A stretch of 64,000 nt of DNA, taken from the IMG/VR virus record IMGVR_UViG_3300021127_000003; one strand, written 5' to 3'. Under the pieces are notes generated by a model. The model did not search any database. It saw only the letters and a program-made list of their open reading frames with translations, and was not told the origin of the DNA. Shown piece by piece: positions 38,831-51,700 of the stretch (its first letter is position 1; every line of letters begins with the position of its first letter). The stretch is from an uncultured virus (IMG/VR IMGVR_UViG_3300021127_000003). Taxonomy: Duplodnaviria > Heunggongvirae > Uroviricota > Caudoviricetes. Both the position numbers and the translations under genes were made by a program.

Positions 38831-41800
38831 ATGAGCAGTCAAACACCAGAAAGTTCACTTGGTTTAAAGAACACATCGCAACAATTTAGAGATAATATTC
38901 TAAAATTGAATTTAAAAACACCACCAGATATTGTTCTCGGTTTGGTTAGTACTGAAGGAATCGGAGCTTTACAAGCTTATGAATATTCTTTAGGTAGGGA
39001 TACTGTTATTGATAATTTCAGCGTAAAAAATCCAGGGGATATAACCAGTGAAGCTGATAAAGTTAGAAATAAAATTTTGAATAGAAATAGACCTCTAAAT
39101 AAAAGTGATTTTTCAGCTATAACTGAAGGAAACGATAGTTTAGGTTATACGTACCAAGCTTTGGCCGATGGTATTGGTAAACTTGCTGTGATTAGTGACT
39201 ATTCAATACCAACATTACAATCTGTTTCAAGTTTATATGATTTATCTTCAGATTATTCATTAAAACTAAATGCTAATTTAAATAAATATATTCCACAAAC
39301 ATTTGATGTATTTAATACAAATACATTAAAACCTAATGCACCACAAACACCGTATGTTGACGATAATGGTCAATTAAGTAGAGATTATTATGTTACGCAA
39401 TATACACCACAAGATATCCTTGGAATAAATGTAAATAAAAACTCTGCTATTGATTTCACAATTGACCCTGTAAGTTATATAAATTATTCTGGTAAGGTTC
39501 TTCAAAACGAAACGTTATTGATGAATATTGCTGCATTAGAATTAAAATCTGCTTTCGAAACAAGAATACAACAAAATATACTTTCAGATTCTCCATTAAC
39601 AAATATTAATGATGCGTTAGCTGACCCAGCACAAGCAATTAATATATTAAAAGACCCATCAAATAATCTTATTGCTAAAAACTATAATATAACAGTTCCA
39701 AATAATCCAATCGGATATGCAGCATTATTTACAAGTTCGTTAGTTGGAGCCACAGATATTATAACGTATTTGAATTTAAAAAGTAAACCTACACTTACAC
39801 CAGGATGTTTTAATACTTCAGATCAAAGTGTTACAACAACAGATAAATCAGCTTTAGGTAAATTGCTTAATGATGCTTTTGGTATGTCCAAACAAGGATA
39901 TGATAATTCTGAAGATGTAGCATTTTTGAGTAATACTGGTAGTGGGCAAAAATTCCAATTATTTTCAAACATTTATTTCAATAAATATGCACCCAATTAT
40001 GACCCACAATACCAAAGTGGTATTTTCCAAGCGATAGATAAAACATTGCAAGCTATCGGTGGTGTTACAGGTTTCCTTGGTATGACTGGCGGTAAAAAAC
40101 CGCAATCAAGATATTATTTTGGAGATATTAAATCAGCACCATTTTTTGCTTTACAAGATTCTGAGGGTGATCAAGTTAAGAGTCCTGAAGAAATTACAAA
40201 AATTATATCAACAAACTATCTTGATGGAACCACATATTATGAACCAGGGTTGAATGAAACGGCAAAATATGGTTCATTAAATACTGATTTTATATGGCAC
40301 AAAACAGATTATCAAGAAACATTTTATGATCCTCAAACAGTATCATCTGATTCTAAGGGTAATATAAATTACGATACGGTAAGTAAAATTGACAGTAACA
40401 ATAACGATGCTGAAAGAATTCTTTCGAAAGCTGGTAGTGATAATTATTATGACCGTTTCAGAGAATGCTCGATATTATTTAAAACACAAAGACTTCTTGA
40501 AAAGGCAGATGATAATAGTAATCCAATAAATTTGGTGATAGACCAAACAAAAACTAAATTGTTTGATGGTTATAGTCTATACTCTAAAGGTAGTGGTGTT
40601 TTAGCTACTGCAAAAACACAAAGAAAGGATGATGCTGGTAATGTAATAGGTAATAATTATTCTGTACCTGGATTATATAATGGTACCAGAGATGATGTTA
40701 ATAATATGCGAGACAATGCAGAATTTTGTAGAACTTGGACTAAAGTAAGACCTTATTCTGGTACGTTAAATTTGATGAGATTTACGGAATTATTAAGACT
40801 TGAAAGAAATTCTGTTTTGGATAGATATAACAATTATAGTATTTTCCCATCAGAAACGAACATAAATTATACAAAATCAGATAAATCAGCTGGAAATGCT
40901 AAAAAATATATGTTCTCAATTGAGAATCTTGCTTGGAGGGGACAAAATAAATGGAAAGGGGATTATGACCTCAAACCATTTGAAGTTGGGCCTAACGGTG
41001 GTAGAATAATGTGGTTTCCACCATACGATATTAAATTCACAGATGATACATCTGTGAATTGGACTTCACATCAATTTTTAGGAAGACCAGAACCAATATA
41101 TACATATAATAATACTGAAAGACAAGGTACCCTTTCATTCAAAATTGTTGTTGACCATCCATCAATACTAAATATATTAACTCAAAAAGAATTAAAGAAT
41201 TATCCAGACACTGTAGTGGATGAGATACTTGATTCATTCTGGGCTGGTTGCACGAATTTTGATATATTTGAATTAGCAAGAATCTGGGGTGTTTTTAGTA
41301 ATAAAGATATTGCATATTTTGAAAGAGTAATTGGTGAAATTCAAACAACAAAAGCTAATGCTGATATCAAATCAAAACTTGATCAAAGTGATGCTAAAGA
41401 ACCCACAGCACAAGTAACTCAGGATACAACTACGCCACCAATTATTCCAACTATCCAAGCTGATTTATTTTTCGAAAATCAAACACCATTGGATACTGAG
41501 GATGCTAATGTTAATACATACGATACATATTTTGATACTTATTATAAACTATCTATTGCTGACCCATCTGTTCAATCTGCTGAATCTAAAAAAGGTAAAT
41601 CATATGCTTATTTCGTAAAATATGATCAGGTTATAGGTTCTAATAGTGAAGACGGATATTTTAGCCAATTACCGAAAGGTTCTGCACCATATTATCAACT
41701 ATATCAAAGTTTTACAAATTTTAGAGATCAAATAACAAGTTATGCAAACAACAGAGGTAATAATATAACAATTACTGTTGATTCATTCACAAGTGCTCTG

Positions 41801-44800
41801 GATAGTCAAGATGTTGATTTCAATACAAAACTTGGTATCAGAAAATTTAAAAGTGTTATAAAATGGTTAGCATTTAACATTTTTAAAGATTTGACTGTTG
41901 AAACTACCAACGATGTTTTAACACCAGATAATATTGAAAAATACTTGACTGGTACAAAAGTAAGTTTTGTTAGACCTTCTAATGGTGAGAATAAGAAAGA
42001 TAAGGTGATATTTGTTTTAAATTCGCCAACACAAATAAGTGCGATAGATTCCATGAAAGCTGTTAGTACACCTGAAAATGTATTGACTGCTTCATTTACT
42101 ACAATACCTATGGTAAGGATACCATATGGTAAAGCTCCAAATACAGTTACATATTATTGTACTGACACAGAAGATAATAGAAAACTTTTATTAACAGCTA
42201 TAAATTTTTTCGGTGGTAATATAACTACTGCTGAGGGTAAAACATATAGTAATGTTACAAGTGATCTTGTTGGTTGTTTGCAACCTAAAATACAATCATA
42301 CAGTCAAGCTGATATAGTTTGTTCTGTTTTGTCAATACAAGCTTCGTATTCAAGAAAGGTTAACCTAAAAGTATCATTGGAAGTTAATCCAGATCCACCA
42401 AAAACTGAAACAAAAACTAATGCAAATCCAACGCAGGTATCAAGCCAACAACCGACAAACGCCACAAATATAACTAAAAGAGAAATAGCGCAAAGAATTC
42501 TTAATAGGTTAATCACTGAGGCGGATTATTTTGAATATTTACAAGCGAATACCCCAACTGTATATAATTCGGTGAAAGAAAAATTGAAATATTTTACACC
42601 AGCATTTCACTCTATGACTCCAGAAGGGTTGAACTCACGTTTAACTTTTTTACAACAGTGTCTTAGACCTGGTGATACAATATTAAATTCACAGAATGAA
42701 TCATGTGACGCAACAAATACAGTTTTTGGTAAACCACCTGTTTGCGTATTAAGAATTGGCGATTTCTATAACACAAAAATTTTGATAAATTCTTGTAATA
42801 TATCATATGAACCTTTGGTTTTTGATTTAAATCCAGAAGGTATAGGTGTACAACCAATGATCGCTAACGTCAGTTTAAGTTTTAAATATATTGGTGGATC
42901 AGGTTTAAGAACACCTATAAATGAATTACAAAATGCATTATCATTCAATTATTATGCAAATGCTGATGTATATGATTCAAGAACTTCCGCTAATATTGAT
43001 CCAGTAGAAAGACAATTAGTAAATCAAGAAACATCATTTTTTGATAATAATACTCTCGATTTAATACCGATTGTACAAAAAGCTAAAGAATACCAAATAC
43101 CAGATTCTACATACGATGTTCCAAAAGGCACCATTGGTGTTCCAGATACAACAACAAAAGATTTGATAGATTTGTCTGGTAATAATTATTCATTGGCTAA
43201 GAGTGTTGGTATTATTTATGATATTTCTATTGTATTTCAACCATATGCATTTTCTTACGACCCAACGGAAAATCCAGGTATTTATGGACAAAATTATTAT
43301 CAAAGACTATTCGATGATAAAGTTAATAATAATGCACAATTAAACGTTGCTGGTAAACCATTAATTTATACCACAGCATGGACTTTATTGACTAACACAA
43401 ATTTTGGTGAAGCGAGTTATATATCAGAATATGGTCAGAACGCATCAATTGAAATATTTAATGTTAATTATAAAAAACTATTCACTAACTTTTATGATTC
43501 GTTTATAACTAATGTTTTGAATTATTCTGATTCATTAGTATTTGATTCATCAAATCAATCATCATTTTTATTATCAAAAATATTGAATATAAATTATACT
43601 GGAGCGACAGATAATGATGATAAAACATTCATGGACAATATAATTAAAAATATTGTTACTGGTGGAACAACGGATACAACAACTGTTAATAGTTTTTTTG
43701 GTTCTAAAGCAAAATATAGTAACTATGTTAATGTAAAAGATTATTGTGATTATAGCCAGTTTGGTGGTTCAAGTTTTAATAATCTTTATGGAACTCAATT
43801 ACATTTATACCCTCAGATGCTGTATTATACAACACCAAGATTTAACCCAACAGCAAAAATATCTTCAGTATTTACTGGACAATCATATAATCCAGGATAT
43901 ATGACGGATGGTGAATACGATTCTTCAGATGTAGCAGGTTTGTATTTGAAAAAACCAACAAATTATGATTACACAAAAGCTTTGATCACACATTTTAATA
44001 TAGATATAACAAATAAATTGTATAATGATTTACTTGTATATTGGTTTATAGACACTGGTTTATTTGATAGATATAATAAGGAATTGAATTCTAAAGATTT
44101 AAAAATAATCTTTCAAAATTACATTTCAACACAACTTAGTAATTATACAAATAATTTATTATTAACCAAACAACAAAAAAATATTGATCAAACAAACAAT
44201 ATATATTCATTTAACACCTATCTTTCAGGAATTAATGCTGTGTTGTCAGGGTATGATGGTACAACAACAAATAGTAAAGTTAATCAATTATATGAGATTA
44301 TTAGAAACGAAAATAAAATAAAAACACCTGTATCACAATTGTTTGGTTATGATCCTTTTTCTCAATATTTAACAATATATAATTACACTGGAACATCATC
44401 TAACAGTATTATAGATTTGAGCCGTGTTTATAATTATAAATCGGACGATAATACTAAATTTATGTTAGGTAATGGTTACTACTATTTTAGACAAATTTCA
44501 AATGATAATACGTTTATTGATTCACCATTGTTATTGAATAACACAAATTTCAAAACTATAGATGCAAATATGGTTTTACCAAAAAATGATGATATTGATA
44601 ATAATATTACTACTACAGGTGATATAACGAATTATGAATTAAAAAGTTTTGATCTTTCAATTACCACACCTCAAATCCAATTTGACCAACAAACTAATGT
44701 GGTAGATTACCAATTTCAAGGGTTGATACCTTCATTAAAAAATGTTAATAGTCAAGGAACATATTTACAAAACAAATACCAGTTGACTTATGTTTTTGAA

Positions 44801-45736
44801 AAATTATCACATGAATTTTTGGAATTTTCAAACAAAACTCTGGGTTTAATTTTGAATGATTATTCACAAAATTACCAAATTACAATCAAAAGTACTCAAG
44901 ATTCTTTAAAAGTAAGAATGGAAAAAAACACACCAAGTGTTACTGAAGATCTTTATAATTTGCTTTTTCCAGCAAACAGTACAGCAAATGGTGTATCATC
45001 CTATGATTATTATAATGTAATATCAGTTAATTCAAATGATTCGGAATTCAATACAAATGTGAATAATTTATCCAGTGTGTTAAATTATACAATCAGTTTG
45101 ACTGATTCATATATTGATTATATTTTGTCAGGCACAACCCCAGATATAACAACTAAAATGAATTTAAATTCATTGAAAGGTCAAGTAAATGGTTATCTTA
45201 TGAGTTCATTATCCGAAGCAAGCATGATGGATTTTTTTAATACATTATTTGTAAACAAAGATACACATGTAAATGCTATGATGACATCGTATACAACAAA
45301 TATTAATAAACTTGATTTAACTGACAAACAAAAATCTAAAAAACTGGATAATATTAAAAAAATATTAAACGATTTTTTCAATAATGTTGATAAATATAAT
45401 CAAAGTATACTGACTGAATTTAATAATTTAAATGCTGTTTATTTGAATAAATTAACAGCACCATACACAACATATGCAAATACAGCTTTTAATTCATTGG
45501 CTAACTCAAATCCATCAACACCACAAAAATTAAAATTATCATCTGGAACAATGTTAAAAGGTGGTGATTCTGATTATAGTGTTAAGGTTAGATTGAAAAA
45601 TTATAGTCAAATAAATACCAAAATTAATAGTTCTATTAATAATAGTCCATCAGGTACTACAATTAATGCAATAAATAATGCTACGAATAATATTTTAACA
45701 TATCAATATTCAAGTATTGTTCCTCCTGTAAAATAA
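38831..45736 (+). CDS. Giant baseplate/tail protein (2301 aa) with tube-initiator-like (gp48/gp54-type) domain
   Basis: WFPPYDIKFTD...W....FLGRPEPIYTYNNTER...LSF and PPVCVLRIGDFY...P..ANVSLSFKYI segments; follows tape measure. Confidence 0.65.
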   Translation: MSSQTPESSLGLKNTSQQFRDNILKLNLKTPPDIVLGLVSTEGIGALQAYEYSLGRDTVIDNFSVKNPGDITSEADKVRNKILNRNRPLNKSDFSAITEGNDSLGYTYQALADGIGKLAVISDYSIPTLQSVSSLYDLSSDYSLKLNANLNKYIPQTFDVFNTNTLKPNAPQTPYVDDNGQLSRDYYVTQYTPQDILGINVNKNSAIDFTIDPVSYINYSGKVLQNETLLMNIAALELKSAFETRIQQNILSDSPLTNINDALADPAQAINILKDPSNNLIAKNYNITVPNNPIGYAALFTSSLVGATDIITYLNLKSKPTLTPGCFNTSDQSVTTTDKSALGKLLNDAFGMSKQGYDNSEDVAFLSNTGSGQKFQLFSNIYFNKYAPNYDPQYQSGIFQAIDKTLQAIGGVTGFLGMTGGKKPQSRYYFGDIKSAPFFALQDSEGDQVKSPEEITKIISTNYLDGTTYYEPGLNETAKYGSLNTDFIWHKTDYQETFYDPQTVSSDSKGNINYDTVSKIDSNNNDAERILSKAGSDNYYDRFRECSILFKTQRLLEKADDNSNPINLVIDQTKTKLFDGYSLYSKGSGVLATAKTQRKDDAGNVIGNNYSVPGLYNGTRDDVNNMRDNAEFCRTWTKVRPYSGTLNLMRFTELLRLERNSVLDRYNNYSIFPSETNINYTKSDKSAGNAKKYMFSIENLAWRGQNKWKGDYDLKPFEVGPNGGRIMWFPPYDIKFTDDTSVNWTSHQFLGRPEPIYTYNNTERQGTLSFKIVVDHPSILNILTQKELKNYPDTVVDEILDSFWAGCTNFDIFELARIWGVFSNKDIAYFERVIGEIQTTKANADIKSKLDQSDAKEPTAQVTQDTTTPPIIPTIQADLFFENQTPLDTEDANVNTYDTYFDTYYKLSIADPSVQSAESKKGKSYAYFVKYDQVIGSNSEDGYFSQLPKGSAPYYQLYQSFTNFRDQITSYANNRGNNITITVDSFTSALDSQDVDFNTKLGIRKFKSVIKWLAFNIFKDLTVETTNDVLTPDNIEKYLTGTKVSFVRPSNGENKKDKVIFVLNSPTQISAIDSMKAVSTPENVLTASFTTIPMVRIPYGKAPNTVTYYCTDTEDNRKLLLTAINFFGGNITTAEGKTYSNVTSDLVGCLQPKIQSYSQADIVCSVLSIQASYSRKVNLKVSLEVNPDPPKTETKTNANPTQVSSQQPTNATNITKREIAQRILNRLITEADYFEYLQANTPTVYNSVKEKLKYFTPAFHSMTPEGLNSRLTFLQQCLRPGDTILNSQNESCDATNTVFGKPPVCVLRIGDFYNTKILINSCNISYEPLVFDLNPEGIGVQPMIANVSLSFKYIGGSGLRTPINELQNALSFNYYANADVYDSRTSANIDPVERQLVNQETSFFDNNTLDLIPIVQKAKEYQIPDSTYDVPKGTIGVPDTTTKDLIDLSGNNYSLAKSVGIIYDISIVFQPYAFSYDPTENPGIYGQNYYQRLFDDKVNNNAQLNVAGKPLIYTTAWTLLTNTNFGEASYISEYGQNASIEIFNVNYKKLFTNFYDSFITNVLNYSDSLVFDSSNQSSFLLSKILNINYTGATDNDDKTFMDNIIKNIVTGGTTDTTTVNSFFGSKAKYSNYVNVKDYCDYSQFGGSSFNNLYGTQLHLYPQMLYYTTPRFNPTAKISSVFTGQSYNPGYMTDGEYDSSDVAGLYLKKPTNYDYTKALITHFNIDITNKLYNDLLVYWFIDTGLFDRYNKELNSKDLKIIFQNYISTQLSNYTNNLLLTKQQKNIDQTNNIYSFNTYLSGINAVLSGYDGTTTNSKVNQLYEIIRNENKIKTPVSQLFGYDPFSQYLTIYNYTGTSSNSIIDLSRVYNYKSDDNTKFMLGNGYYYFRQISNDNTFIDSPLLLNNTNFKTIDANMVLPKNDDIDNNITTTGDITNYELKSFDLSITTPQIQFDQQTNVVDYQFQGLIPSLKNVNSQGTYLQNKYQLTYVFEKLSHEFLEFSNKTLGLILNDYSQNYQITIKSTQDSLKVRMEKNTPSVTEDLYNLLFPANSTANGVSSYDYYNVISVNSNDSEFNTNVNNLSSVLNYTISLTDSYIDYILSGTTPDITTKMNLNSLKGQVNGYLMSSLSEASMMDFFNTLFVNKDTHVNAMMTSYTTNINKLDLTDKQKSKKLDNIKKILNDFFNNVDKYNQSILTEFNNLNAVYLNKLTAPYTTYANTAFNSLANSNPSTPQKLKLSSGTMLKGGDSDYSVKVRLKNYSQINTKINSSINNSPSGTTINAINNATNNILTYQYSSIVPPVK

Positions 45737-45780
45737 ACTGTTGATTTTCTATCAAAATATATTTATATTAAATAACTTAT

Positions 45781-46101
45781 ATGAGCTCATATTATAACAG
45801 ATATAATCAATTCACAAATAACGGTAATGGTATTACCGTTCCATATGTACATTTACCTGAAAAAGAAACAGATTTATTTGTTGTTTATAAGGTAGGTAGA
45901 TCAAGAATGGATAAAGTAAGCCAAGATAAATATGGTACACCATATTTTGGTTGGTTAATCTTGTTAGCTAACCCAGAATATGGTGGTTTGGAATGGAATA
46001 TACCAGATAATGCTTCTATAAGAGTACCATACCCTTTAGACCAGAGTATGTCCGATTATAAGGCAGTTATGAAATTGAAATTAGCATATTATGGCGAATA
46101 A
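45781..46101 (+). CDS. Baseplate wedge protein, LysM-like (gp53/GpX type)
   Basis: RMDKVSQDKYGTPYFGWLILLANP...IP....IRVP. Confidence 0.8.
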   Translation: MSSYYNRYNQFTNNGNGITVPYVHLPEKETDLFVVYKVGRSRMDKVSQDKYGTPYFGWLILLANPEYGGLEWNIPDNASIRVPYPLDQSMSDYKAVMKLKLAYYGE

Positions 46102-48766
46102 TTTATTAGATACCAGTGAAAACATATTTATTGATAAGTATATTGTTACTGACACTACCACAAACACTAAAAATAATGATGGTGTAATTATTATTGATCC
46201 AAATAAAATCATAAAAAATGGTCAAGTAGCTGATAGATATGTCGCACAAGAAAACTTGGTGATGTATGCTAATTTAAAAGCGTTTAAAAGACCAGCAACA
46301 TCTGTTTTTTTTGGTGAGACACAAAATAATGGTAAACCAATAACAGTTGGATCTATCAATATAAATATGCTCAACCCCATCAAATCATTTGGGTCAAATT
46401 CAGATGGTAATTCAGTTGTTATATATAAAAATAAATTAACAACTGATTATACTGATTTTTTTTCAAGTAACAAAACACTTGATGCTGCCACTGGAGAATT
46501 TAAGAGTACAAGTAATATACAAGATCCAGAAACATTTGGTATAGATAGTATTTCTATCAGTCAAAATCCAAGTACATCATCTATTGTAAAAATACAATTT
46601 ACTGATGTACAAGGTAGAACATTATTTGAAAGAGGTAATGATATTGATAATCCTTATAATTTATTTTATACATTTCCATACCCAACATTTGTATTAACAG
46701 TTAAAGGTTTTTACGGTAAAGCTATTGATTATCCTTTGAATTTAGTAAAATCTAATACAAAATTTGAACCAGAAACAGGTAACTATACTGTTGATGCAGA
46801 ATTTGTTTCCAGAACCTTTTCTATATTTAATTCATTCTTATTGATATATGCTTATGTGGCACCATTTATGTTTAAAAAGAAAAATGGTAAATACCTTGGA
46901 TATGAAATTTTAGAACAATTATATAAAACACAGAATGATTACTTTACTAAACAATACAGTAACGACCAAAAAAAACTAAATAAATATATAATAGATTTAA
47001 GCAAACAAGCACCAACATTACCTTATCTATATAAAATTAAAGATAATTTAGATAAGAATATGTTTGATTCAACCAGTTTATTAGGTATCAAAGATATAAT
47101 AAATTCGTTAGATATTCTGAAAACTATTTCTGATGCTGAATATGCCAATATTGTTACTAATGAGATAGGTAAAAGTCAAGAGATACTTAATAATGGTTTA
47201 CAACATATTGATAATTCAATAAATGAAATAACTGATACGGATACACAAAACAAATTAAAATCTGCGTTATCTAATCAAACATTTATATCACTTTATCCTA
47301 CGAATGTTTCGGATCCATCGGCTACATTTTATGATACAAAAATAAATAATAATGGGTATACACAGTTTACCGAATTATATAATAAGTTGATTGATAATAT
47401 AGCAAAAATTAAATCAGATAAAAATAATGCATTGATAGATGAAGAACTAACTGTTATACAAAACAAGATTGGTTTCCAACCTAACACATATAACATATAT
47501 AGAATATTATTCAACAATATTCAAACATTTCTTATATTATTGAATATTGCTGGTAAAAAAGCTTTACATGAATTTGATACAAACAAAGATAGAAATAGTG
47601 TACAAAAAGAAAGTGGTGAGTATGAAAATGTAACAACACCGCAAGGGGTAACACAAAAATTTTATCCATTTCCAAACTATTTCTTTGTTTCATATGATCA
47701 AAATGACACACAAAAAAAAGTTTTTGAAAGAAAATATCCAGGCTTGGTACAATCTAATAAAAATTGGTCTGAAGTACAATTTGTTGATGAAATATATAAG
47801 TCAATTGATGCTATCAAAAAAATAGTTGAACCTTCAACCGAAAACACACAAATAGGTACAATCCCAGCTGTAACATCTAATACTTTTTATAGTGGTGTTA
47901 ATAATATATATTATAATTCAGATAAACAAACACAATATGATATTATATATAATATGATTAATAGTTTTAATCTTAATATGATATATTCTGGTTTGTTATT
48001 CAAAAACTATACTACAAATGATTACGTATCAATTATCAAAAATTTTGCTAATTTTGAATTAGATATTTTTACAAATATAGGTTTAAAAACAACAGATCCT
48101 AAGTTACAATTATCGATATTTAGTAATATCAAACAATTGTTGGACACATCTGATAGTAATGGTTACTACGGTATTATAAAAAGTAAAATTATTAATAATG
48201 GTACTGTAACTACAACTGACTTGGATAAAGTAATAACTAATGAAATATCCTTAATTAATGGTTCTTATACGACAAAACAATTAACTAAAAACATAAATAA
48301 AATTAATTCATTTATTACAAATAATAAAAATTTTGCGCCAGGTTTAAATATAAAATTTTTACAACAATTTTATAATAATAATTCACCTTTGATTTATAAC
48401 AATATAACCCAAACACCCTATTATGATATAAGTGCATATGGTAATCAGTCAAGTTTTTTTGTACCACCAAACGTAAAAGCTAATATTTCTAAAATAGATT
48501 ATAGTACATTAACTAAAAATATAGTTATATCTGGCGAAACAAATTGTTTCATATATGGCCAAAGATTTGACGAAGAAATAAAAGTTGTAAGTAACACTAC
48601 CGTGGTGAGCAACATAAACGTTGATTCTAATTTAAAAAGTTATACAGATATTACACCAACTTTAACATATACAATAAATAATAAAGACACATTATTAGCA
48701 TTGATTGGTTTTAAAAATGATGCAAATAATGGACAAACAAGAAACGTAAATCTATATAATTTTTAA
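46091..48766 (+). CDS. Large baseplate hub-associated structural protein
   Basis: FGIDSISI...VKIQFTDVQGRTLF...YPTFVLTVKGFYGK beta-rich N-terminus; tail-module position. Confidence 0.55.
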   Translation: MANNLLDTSENIFIDKYIVTDTTTNTKNNDGVIIIDPNKIIKNGQVADRYVAQENLVMYANLKAFKRPATSVFFGETQNNGKPITVGSININMLNPIKSFGSNSDGNSVVIYKNKLTTDYTDFFSSNKTLDAATGEFKSTSNIQDPETFGIDSISISQNPSTSSIVKIQFTDVQGRTLFERGNDIDNPYNLFYTFPYPTFVLTVKGFYGKAIDYPLNLVKSNTKFEPETGNYTVDAEFVSRTFSIFNSFLLIYAYVAPFMFKKKNGKYLGYEILEQLYKTQNDYFTKQYSNDQKKLNKYIIDLSKQAPTLPYLYKIKDNLDKNMFDSTSLLGIKDIINSLDILKTISDAEYANIVTNEIGKSQEILNNGLQHIDNSINEITDTDTQNKLKSALSNQTFISLYPTNVSDPSATFYDTKINNNGYTQFTELYNKLIDNIAKIKSDKNNALIDEELTVIQNKIGFQPNTYNIYRILFNNIQTFLILLNIAGKKALHEFDTNKDRNSVQKESGEYENVTTPQGVTQKFYPFPNYFFVSYDQNDTQKKVFERKYPGLVQSNKNWSEVQFVDEIYKSIDAIKKIVEPSTENTQIGTIPAVTSNTFYSGVNNIYYNSDKQTQYDIIYNMINSFNLNMIYSGLLFKNYTTNDYVSIIKNFANFELDIFTNIGLKTTDPKLQLSIFSNIKQLLDTSDSNGYYGIIKSKIINNGTVTTTDLDKVITNEISLINGSYTTKQLTKNINKINSFITNNKNFAPGLNIKFLQQFYNNNSPLIYNNITQTPYYDISAYGNQSSFFVPPNVKANISKIDYSTLTKNIVISGETNCFIYGQRFDEEIKVVSNTTVVSNINVDSNLKSYTDITPTLTYTINNKDTLLALIGFKNDANNGQTRNVNLYNF

Positions 48767-48767
48767 A

Positions 48768-51700
48768 ATGGATATTAAGAACATTACAAATGAATATTTG
48801 ACAAATCCGAGTGTAATAGATAATTATACTAAAAATCAATTTAGTGATTATACAGATTATCAAAAAGGTTTATTTTCAACGTATTTAGAATACGGTATAA
48901 CAAGTAGAATTACAAAAAATACAGATAGAATCTCATATTATGCTACTCCACTTAACAATATTTGTTTTGCTGAATCATTTTCTATTGGAACAAATAGTGA
49001 TATCACAGGTAATTTTAAAGAAGCTGCTCACTATATAATTTCATCTTTACAAACAGAATCCAATAAATTTTTATTTTCAAAAGATAATATAGTTGCACTA
49101 TTTAAATCTAATGTTGGTATTACAGAATTACCAATGCCATTGATTTTATATCTTGGGGCATTATATCATTTTCATTCGGACAATTATAATAATAGATTAT
49201 TTGGTAAAAACACATATACATTAAATATTGATTTAGATAAAGTATTAAAAGTTAATCTAAATTTAAATTCTAATACATCACCAATCTATGGGGGTTATGA
49301 TCAAAAAAACAATATTGTTGAGTTTGCAAGTATACCAATTATCAATGATAAATTTGTAACTGGTATAAACAATACATTTATTCCTAAATTTGGTTACGGT
49401 ACATTTTCTAACTTCATGAAAGATTATTATAATTTCATGATTGATAAAAATGGTGTAAATAATCAAATAGGTGCAACTGAAGGATATTTTTCAGACACAA
49501 AATATGATACTAACACATTATTCCACCATTATGGTGCTGAAAATGGGTTTGTAAAATCATTTAAATCATACAATGACGGTATTAATTTCATGGGTCACTA
49601 TAGTATTATAAAAGATTCATTAGGTTCATCAACATTAACAACAAGTAATAATATAATTAATTACTTCAAACAAGTTAAAAATATAACGTTTGATAAGAAC
49701 GATCAATTTATGTATAAATTCTACATGTGTATATGTAGAATGAAATATTCATATTTGAGAGGTGGTTTAGAAAAAGCTGATATTCTATCAATTTTAACAC
49801 AAATGAATACACTTATGTTAGATATGAGTATATCATTTGTTGGAAATATACCGCTTATAAAGCTATTGAAATTTACTGCGAAAAATAATGCTCTATCAAA
49901 AACTCAAGATATAAGTCCAATATCTTATTTTATTTATAAAATTTTATTTGGTAGATTTTTTGGAGAAGAATCGGTTTCAAAATTTGGTACAAGTATAACA
50001 AATACATTAGAATCCGTTGTTTATGATGATCTTACGAATGATTTTGGTGCAATTATTGGAAATGGTTTATTTAATAATGCATTATTAGATAGTATATCTG
50101 TTGTAACAGATTTTTTATTAAAATTTTGGGATTCTGAAAAAACTTATAAAGATACTAATGAGTTCGATAGTAATAATGTTAGTGGACAATTGGTGGTATT
50201 ATTATATCCATCTGCTGGAGGTTTTTTTTACCCAAATAAGTTATTAACTCAAAACAAAAAAGAGAATAACACTAAGATTATAACAAATAATAAATACGAA
50301 TTAATCAAAGGTTATAATGGTGAAGAAGCAGCATATAATAGTAGTGATAGACAAAAAAATATTAATGAATATTTACCTATAAATTATAAACCTAAAACAT
50401 ATGTTATTCAAAAGTATGCTTTTGAATCAGGAAATTTGGCAAAAAAATATATAAATTTAGATGTTAATAATTCAGATATTTATGATGCAGATAATCTTTA
50501 TTTATTTAACAAAAGCGGTAATATAGATAGTATTATTTTTGATAATAGATCAGTAATGATGAACACGTCAAGGTTTTTGTGGTACGATACTGGTATGGGA
50601 GGTTTACAACTTGGTACAAAAGATACATATATAGGAAATGGTGAAAATCGTGATAATTTGACATCTGAATTATCAATAAGTGAAATTGGACAAAATTTGA
50701 CAACCAACATATATAAATCAGTCGATGGTTATTCAAATTTAAATACATCGAATGACCCATTAAGATTAAGATTATATGATTTGTATGACGCAATAGATAT
50801 TCAAAAATTTAAAACATTTGAGTCAATATTTTTAGATTTTGCATCTTCATATAAAGTCTATCAACCAAACTCGACACAAGATTATTTCAAAAAATATGAT
50901 GGTAATTATAACTTTGAGACTTTGATGAAGGGTATAATGACATTAGATGAAAATGACATACAAGGTTACAAAACAGATCAATTCGAACTAACTCAAGAAG
51001 ATGCACAAATGTTATTGGTAGGTTATTCGAGTTATAATTATTATTTTTGTGACTATTTTTATATCAGCGCAAAAATCAATGCGGTATTAACAAATGCTCA
51101 ATATATACGCAATAAAAAAGTATTAGAAGAATTTTCTGCGCAAAAATTACCAATCAATAATTACAGCACCGTTGGTTCTGTTGCAGTACCTGGTCAAGAG
51201 GATTCTTTATATACAAACTATCAAAATTTTATATTTAGACCTGATGTTATTTTCAAAGTTAGTCCAAGCGAGTTAACGGTTTCAGATTCTTATGCTGGTG
51301 AAATATATGGGATTAAACCATTGAGTATATTAACTGATGATAATTCTAATCCTGATGCTGGTCAGGTAAAATATTATACCAGAAAACTTGTATTTGGGGA
51401 TTACATTATTGACCCAGCAAATAATGCTGATACGTCAATCGAAACAACAAATTTAGTCAAAAAATATTTCTATGACGATGCTTTCAAATACTATAGTGAT
51501 TCAGTTGCAGCTAAAGCAAAAAAATTATATTATGGTGAAAACAACAATTATAATTTTGGTGTATATTACTATAATTTTTTGATTAATGAGTTTTTCAACT
51601 ACTTGAACGTTAAATTTGACGAGGATAATTTAGTATTGATGTTCAATTTAATTACAGATTATTTAAAAAGTATTGTAAATGTTTGGATATTTTCAGATTC

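Noticed and set aside
38208..38876. 222-aa antisense ORF and the many other 60-120-aa ORFs overlapping long genes
   Set aside because: Shadow frames of well-supported genes; no motifs or expression signals
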